A DNA stretch of 64,000 bases, taken from a virus. The DNA lies in IMG/VR virus record IMGVR_UViG_3300023210_000021, positions 19,833-83,832 of that record; one strand, given 5' to 3'. Shown piece by piece: positions 59,327 to 64,000 of this stretch; position 1 is the stretch's first letter, and each line of letters starts with the position of its first letter. The position numbers were made by a program, and so were the translations under genes. The notes under the pieces were generated by a model. It did no database searches, was not told where the DNA came from, and saw nothing but the letters and a program-made list of their open reading frames with translations.

Positions 59327-59884
59327 TTAGTTATGTGAAATCACTTTCTTAACTATTCTACTAATATCATTTTCTGTTACAAAATCTGCATAACCAGAAG
59401 TTATTTGTTTAGGTCTAATACCAAATGTATCAACCCCATTATCATTAAGTAATTGAAGGTAGTTTCTTGCATCTTTAACTGTTGATGGTAAGGATACATT
59501 ATTTCCATGTAAGTATGTCTTAATTTTATTATTTCTTTCGTCTACGAAAATATCAAACCTAAATTTTGATGTTTCACCATCATCACCCTTATTTACATCC
59601 CCCCTAAACGATAAACCATCGGGGCTAAATTCTATATTTTTAACAACATTGGTACCATAATATTGAATATCAAAAGATATGTCACCAACAATGTTTGTCC
59701 CAAAGTCACGTCCATGTGAAGCGAATCTATCACCCAATTTACTCATACCTCGTTCTCTGGCTTCACCAGCAGCCCTAGTATAAGTTTTTTTATCTAATTC
59801 ATTTATATTCTCTTCTTTAACGATTTTCTTAACTATTGATTCAATGTCGTTTGATGTCATTCTTACTATTTTTTTCATCTTCAT
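59327..59884 (-). CDS. hypothetical protein with the leader motif at both termini
   Basis: N-terminal KKIVRMTSNDIESIVKKIVKEE and C-terminal VTENDISRIVKKVI. Confidence 0.7.
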   Translation of the reverse strand: MKMKKIVRMTSNDIESIVKKIVKEENINELDKKTYTRAAGEARERGMSKLGDRFASHGRDFGTNIVGDISFDIQYYGTNVVKNIEFSPDGLSFRGDVNKGDDGETSKFRFDIFVDERNNKIKTYLHGNNVSLPSTVKDARNYLQLLNDNGVDTFGIRPKQITSGYADFVTENDISRIVKKVISHN

Positions 59885-59940
59885 AGGTTTTATCTTTATT
59901 CGTTCTATTAGTAGCTATATACGATAAATATAGTCAAAAA

Positions 59941-59973
59941 ATAAAAGGTAACAAAATTTTGCCACCTTTTATT
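59941..59973 (-). terminator. intrinsic terminator after the tail sheath gene
   Basis: ATAAAAGGT...ACCTTTTAT inverted repeat. Confidence 0.65.
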
Positions 59974-59997
59974 AAAATTATTATAAAAACCTATTTA

Positions 59998-62859
59998 TTA
60001 AATATTATCAAAATTAGCCCCTGTGTTGGTTATATTAAACTCTACACAGATAAATTCTAACGTTCTTGTTGGTTTAATAAAGATTCTACCACACAACTCA
60101 TTTCTGTCAATCTGTTCTGGATCGTTATCTAATTGAACTCTAAAGTCAGTTAAACCTCTTTCTTTTCTAATGTTATCCAATATAGGGTTAACAAGTGATA
60201 AGAATTGATTTCTAACTACATCATCGTTTTGCTCAAATAATAATCTGATTGAAACTGCGGATATAAGTTTTCTAGCTTGTAACAACAATCTTCTAACGTT
60301 GATTCTGTTAAGGGCTGTCTCTTTTGATTGAAGTGTCTTATTACCCCATATAACCACACCTACATCTGAGAATGTTGCCATTGGGTTAATTCTACCTTCA
60401 TAAAGAGTGTCTCTTTGATCTAACGTCAGTTTCTTTCTTGCTTTCACTGCTGTTGTTGTACCTCTGTTTAAACCAGCTGCTGCAAACCAAGGGAAGGCAA
60501 CATTATCGGTAAGTGCAATGTTCTTAACTACCTCTCCCGTTGGTGGTAACCATAGGTATTGATTGTTTTCCGTATCTTGCATTTGTAACCAAGGCCAATA
60601 TGTGGCTGAATAATTTGAGTCAACCGAAGAATCTTCAATAATATCAACCGCTTCATCTTCTGTTAATACCGTTCCACCACTATCTAAATCTGGTGTTGTA
60701 ATGATATATAATGAATCAGCTCTATCTTCTTCAACCATATCAATAGCTTCACCTACTAGACCGATGTTATCTCTTAAATCGATACCTGGTGTTGCAAATA
60801 AGTTAATGTTAACTGCTTCTGGGTTAGAGAAAGTTCTTAAACCCTCAAAGTATGCGTAATAATCAGAATCAATTGCTGTTTCCTCAGTAGTTGTTACATA
60901 ACTATCGAATATGTTTGTTCCATTAGGTCCACCTGCAACTCCTCTTGTTCCACTAACTTTATACCTATCATCATTTGTTCTCTCAGTACGATAAATATCC
61001 CATCCATCCCATCCACCATAAGGTGCAAATGTGAATTTTCTAGAGTTTATTTTTTCATAGTCAGTTCCTTCTAAACTAGCTTCATTTCTAAACTCAGCGT
61101 TACCTACTTGAAAGTTAAATATTGGTGTGAAAATTGAACCATCACCTAACGTAATTGTTACCCCCTCAATAGAAGTTGAAGTTGTTCCTGAATCTAAATG
61201 GTAACCATCAGTTCTTCCAGTCCAAACAGCAATATCACTATCATCATTTACACCTTTATAATTGAAGAAATCTTGATCAACACCGATAACACTATTTAAA
61301 CCTAAGTAAACTTTTCTTTTCTTATCGGTTCCTGAATAGGCTGTTTTATATTCTAATGTTGGTTGTGCTGCCGTTCCATTACCACCGATGTAATCTCTAA
61401 CTGGTACTCCTTCGAATCCAGCAGGTACACCATTGGTTGGCCAATTCTCAGCCATCTCTACCATCATAGATTTACTTCTTAATGGATATTCACCATCAGT
61501 TGTTCCAATCTTTCTACCAATAAATCCATTTTCTGCTGGGTTTAAAGATAATTGAGAGTATTTCTCAATAATGGTAGGTCTTGCATCGTCATCAGCAAAT
61601 TTTCTAACAACCAAATCAAATGTTTTATCATCTGGTCTAATGTTAATGATTGAAAATTTAATATCCTCATTTGCTGCATTACCATCAGATATTGTAACTA
61701 ACCTAAATAACCTATAAAGTTTGTTACCCCTTAATTCTGATAATACATATGGAGATGCTGCTGATTTGTAAGCTTCATTATAGTCATTTAAGTTTGTATC
61801 AACAGTATCCTTATCAATCTGTATGATTGTTGAGTTTATACCCCTAACTTTACCATCTGAATTTAAATCATCCAATGTATTTGAATAGAATTCCTCTACC
61901 CATAATTCAGCGTCTTTATCTTGTGCTCCCCTTCCTAATACAGAAGTGATGTAATTTGTGTTTGTTTTATCGAAAGATACATTGTAATTAAATGTTTCCA
62001 TATCTTTATTTGTACCAGTAATTGATAGACTCGATAATGGATCTTTAATGTATCCAGTGGGTGTCGTTCCGATTTCTACTGATGTTGTAGCTGATACATT
62101 ATAAACCATTACCTCTGATGCATTAACTGCACCTCTTGATCTTAATGTCGCTACCACCACATCCTCAACAGATGAGTATGAAGTTCCTGCATATTCAGTT
62201 ACCGTACCTGACGTAGTTCCCGTTGTTTGTGTACCAGATAACCCACTTGATGTTACTTCCATACTGAAAGACGCACCTGAGAAACTAGTTCCTGTTTTAA
62301 CGTATTTTGCGGTTGATTGAGCAATTATATCACCCACCGATTTACTACCGATAGTTGTAAATAATGAAGAAATTTCCCCATCATTGTAAAGTGCCTCTAA
62401 GTTTGAGTTACCCCAAACCAATGAAGTTGGTGTTCCTGCTGTAGTGGCACTATAAGTTAAAAGAACCCCGTAAGTTGTTGCTGACACTGTTTCCGTTACT
62501 GTGTCTGGATCCAACGCTGCGTCTAATGTTAGTGACCACGCACTACCTGCTTTATATCCTGATAAGCCTAATACCCTACTAACATATAGTTGGTTAGTTT
62601 GAGAAAGATATGACTTTGAAATGTAATTTAATTCATATTTGTGGTAACCACTTCCTTTGAATTTTTCACTATTTAACCCACCGAAGTATTTTTGAAATTC
62701 ATCGTAGTCTGAAATGAAAACTGGTTCAAACGCTGGTCCTTTTGGTGTTTCCCCCACTAATCCTAGCGTAGTAACCCCAACTTGTCTTGTGACAAATGTT
62801 AAGTCCTTTTCCGATGTAAAAACACCGGGACTTACAAATATTTTATCTGTTGATGCCAT
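59998..62859 (-). CDS. contractile tail sheath protein (T4 gp18-like)
   Basis: VSPGVFTSEKD, GLVGETPKGP, YWPW, PWFAAAG..RG, WGNKTL, RINVRRL, FEQND and IFIKP motifs. Confidence 0.95.
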   Translation of the reverse strand: MASTDKIFVSPGVFTSEKDLTFVTRQVGVTTLGLVGETPKGPAFEPVFISDYDEFQKYFGGLNSEKFKGSGYHKYELNYISKSYLSQTNQLYVSRVLGLSGYKAGSAWSLTLDAALDPDTVTETVSATTYGVLLTYSATTAGTPTSLVWGNSNLEALYNDGEISSLFTTIGSKSVGDIIAQSTAKYVKTGTSFSGASFSMEVTSSGLSGTQTTGTTSGTVTEYAGTSYSSVEDVVVATLRSRGAVNASEVMVYNVSATTSVEIGTTPTGYIKDPLSSLSITGTNKDMETFNYNVSFDKTNTNYITSVLGRGAQDKDAELWVEEFYSNTLDDLNSDGKVRGINSTIIQIDKDTVDTNLNDYNEAYKSAASPYVLSELRGNKLYRLFRLVTISDGNAANEDIKFSIINIRPDDKTFDLVVRKFADDDARPTIIEKYSQLSLNPAENGFIGRKIGTTDGEYPLRSKSMMVEMAENWPTNGVPAGFEGVPVRDYIGGNGTAAQPTLEYKTAYSGTDKKRKVYLGLNSVIGVDQDFFNYKGVNDDSDIAVWTGRTDGYHLDSGTTSTSIEGVTITLGDGSIFTPIFNFQVGNAEFRNEASLEGTDYEKINSRKFTFAPYGGWDGWDIYRTERTNDDRYKVSGTRGVAGGPNGTNIFDSYVTTTEETAIDSDYYAYFEGLRTFSNPEAVNINLFATPGIDLRDNIGLVGEAIDMVEEDRADSLYIITTPDLDSGGTVLTEDEAVDIIEDSSVDSNYSATYWPWLQMQDTENNQYLWLPPTGEVVKNIALTDNVAFPWFAAAGLNRGTTTAVKARKKLTLDQRDTLYEGRINPMATFSDVGVVIWGNKTLQSKETALNRINVRRLLLQARKLISAVSIRLLFEQNDDVVRNQFLSLVNPILDNIRKERGLTDFRVQLDNDPEQIDRNELCGRIFIKPTRTLEFICVEFNITNTGANFDNI

Positions 62860-62903
62860 TTAATTTTCGTTTTTGTTTTTATTTATTATTTTATCCTTTA
62901 CAA

Positions 62904-63003
62904 TATAAATACATCAGAAAATTCAAAAGTTTTTCTTATGGGTATGTAATACCCAAAATTAGTATGAATTTTATCATACTTTTATCATAGTTTTATATTT
63001 ATA
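62904..63003. promoter_or_regulatory. divergent promoter region with palindromic operator-like sites
   Basis: TATTTATA on minus (62911-62904) and on plus (62996-63003); palindromes GGGTAT-GTA-ATACCC (62940-62954) and AGTATGA-ATTTTA-TCATACT (62961-62980); TTTTATCATA repeated twice. Confidence 0.6.
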
Positions 63004-63007
63004 GTAT

Positions 63008-63166
63008 ATGAAAAGGGACAAAAACTTAAAAATTACACCACAAACACATAAACTATTAAAAGAATATTGTGAAGAAAATGGATTAAAGATGTTCGCATAC
63101 GTAGAAAAACTAATCAGAGAAAAATGTGTCACTAAGAAAGATATCTATGGTGACGACATTAATTAA
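63008..63166 (+). CDS. unannotated ribbon-helix-helix-like DNA-binding protein (52 aa)
   Basis: MKRDKNLKITPQTHKLLKEYCEENGLKMFAYVEKLIREKCVTKKDIYGDDIN*: basic alternating strand, helix, G turn, helix; preceded by TATTTATA. Confidence 0.7.
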   Translation: MKRDKNLKITPQTHKLLKEYCEENGLKMFAYVEKLIREKCVTKKDIYGDDIN

Positions 63167-63288
63167 ACTACCTGTTGATGCCCCAATTAATAAATCGTAT
63201 TCTTTTTTTCATCGTCTATTAAATATTGTGCAACACCACCACCAAATACACCCTTGCTACCACCCCCAGAAATTACTAATGCTTTCAT
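63160..63288 (-). pseudogene. patatin-like phospholipase fragment (frameshifted and truncated)
   Basis: MKALVISGGGSKGVFGGGVAQYL, then after an A7 run another frame gives EYDLLIGASTGSL (GxSxG); the sequence then runs into the converging RHH gene. Confidence 0.75.
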
Positions 63289-63488
63289 TTTTTCTTTTTC
63301 TTTTTTTCTTCGTATATTATTAAAATGGCTGTAATTGCACCATAGTGTTTATTACCACTTATTGAATATTTTATATCTGTAATTATTGGTGACTCCTCCA
63401 GTATCCAATCATTAACATCGTTATCTAATGTGGATTCAACTGACCCATCAAATATTGGTACGATACTATTAAAGGTTTTAATCTTCAT
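63285..63488 (-). CDS. small hypothetical protein (DUF2758/Cse60-like pattern)
   Basis: KIKTF...LDNDVNDWI...ITDIKYS...ILIIY; overlaps both neighbours. Confidence 0.5.
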   Translation of the reverse strand: MKIKTFNSIVPIFDGSVESTLDNDVNDWILEESPIITDIKYSISGNKHYGAITAILIIYEEKKKKKK

Positions 63489-63885
63489 CTTTATTTTTTA
63501 TAAACACTGGGTTCTTGTCATATTTTATAAATAATTCCTCACCCTTTTTTATTTTTTTAAATGAGATAAACTCAAACAACCCTAACTCAGTGTCGGTAAT
63601 GTAGTCAACATTTGGTTTTAAGGAGTGATTATATAATGAACCATAACCTAATACAACTACTTGGATTAATTTATCTATTTTTTTATTACTATCTTTAATT
63701 TACCCAAAAACTCTTGGGTATGGAAATGAATAATGTATTATAGTGTCACCTTCGTTATAAGTTTCTATTGGAACGTAAAGACATTCCTCGATTGTGTCAC
63801 CGATTTCAATATCTTCTAAAGCAAACACACCCCAACCATGTACGGGTGATTTTTTAATCCCTATTTTATTAGATTTAAATAAAAC
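63478..63885 (-). pseudogene. SET-domain methyltransferase pseudogene
   Basis: KKSPVHGWGVFALEDI..GDTIEEC...LGYGSLYNHS..PNV...IKKGEELFIKY in one frame, interrupted by TAA at 63702-63700 and lacking an in-frame ATG. Confidence 0.8.
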
Positions 63886-63941
63886 TCAATCCAAAATTCA
63901 AAATTTATATTAAGATAGTAAGTTTAAAGTGAAAATAAAGA

Positions 63942-64000
63942 CTAAATGTATTGTTCTATCTCTGGCCAGAAATATGGGTCAATAAGTGTATTTTGTAAAT
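63942..64000 (-). CDS. partial CDS (3' end)
   Basis: ...LQNTLIDPYFWPEIEQYI* open to the window edge. Confidence 0.35.
   Translation of the reverse strand, partial: LQNTLIDPYFWPEIEQYI

Noticed and set aside
26069-62859. Chromosomal contractile injection system or tailocin
   Set aside because: Tail genes are interleaved with a phage replication set (SSB, RecA-like, helicase, RNR; primase nearby), and no host housekeeping genes are present.
63126-63323. 65-aa plus-strand ORF from the track
   Set aside because: It is antisense to the patatin remnant and overlaps the better-supported RHH gene.
63700-63702. Stop-codon recoding suggested by the in-frame TAA in the SET gene
   Set aside because: TAA, TAG and TGA all end genuine genes here and ORFs tile the window in the standard code; the SET gene also lacks a start.
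1-64000. tRNA or rRNA genes
   Set aside because: No cloverleaf or rRNA-like sequence seen in the few short intergenic gaps.

Overview
AT-rich, gene-dense segment of a large contractile-tailed (myovirus-like) dsDNA phage genome, almost entirely coded on the minus strand in the standard genetic code. Right to left it carries a tail sheath, tail tube, baseplate-hub/tail-chaperone gene, tape-measure-like protein, hub and baseplate proteins (one with a GH19 lysozyme-like domain, one with an OmpA-like domain), a replication block (ssDNA-binding protein, RecA-like recombinase, 5'-3' exonuclease, DnaB-like helicase, nrdA, nrdB), T4 gp25- and gp6-like wedge genes, very large Cys-rich virion proteins, a RuvC-like resolvase and a primase. 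No capsid, portal or terminase gene is visible. TAnnTTTG promoters, A-rich leaders without Shine-Dalgarno sequences and a host-like beta-propeller point to a Bacteroidota host. The most interesting signals are: (1) about ten unrelated proteins and two unannotated micropeptides share short N-terminal leader motifs, a candidate capsid-targeting and prohead-protease cargo system; (2) a likely +1/-2 programmed frameshift in the tail chaperone; (3) a strand-specific TATTTAT(A) late-promoter motif and a divergent ribbon-helix-helix gene with palindromic operators at the head of the tail operon; (4) helically phased repeats next to a ParB-like gene; (5) decayed homing endonuclease, SET and patatin genes. 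All functional calls come from motif recognition by eye; no database search was run.
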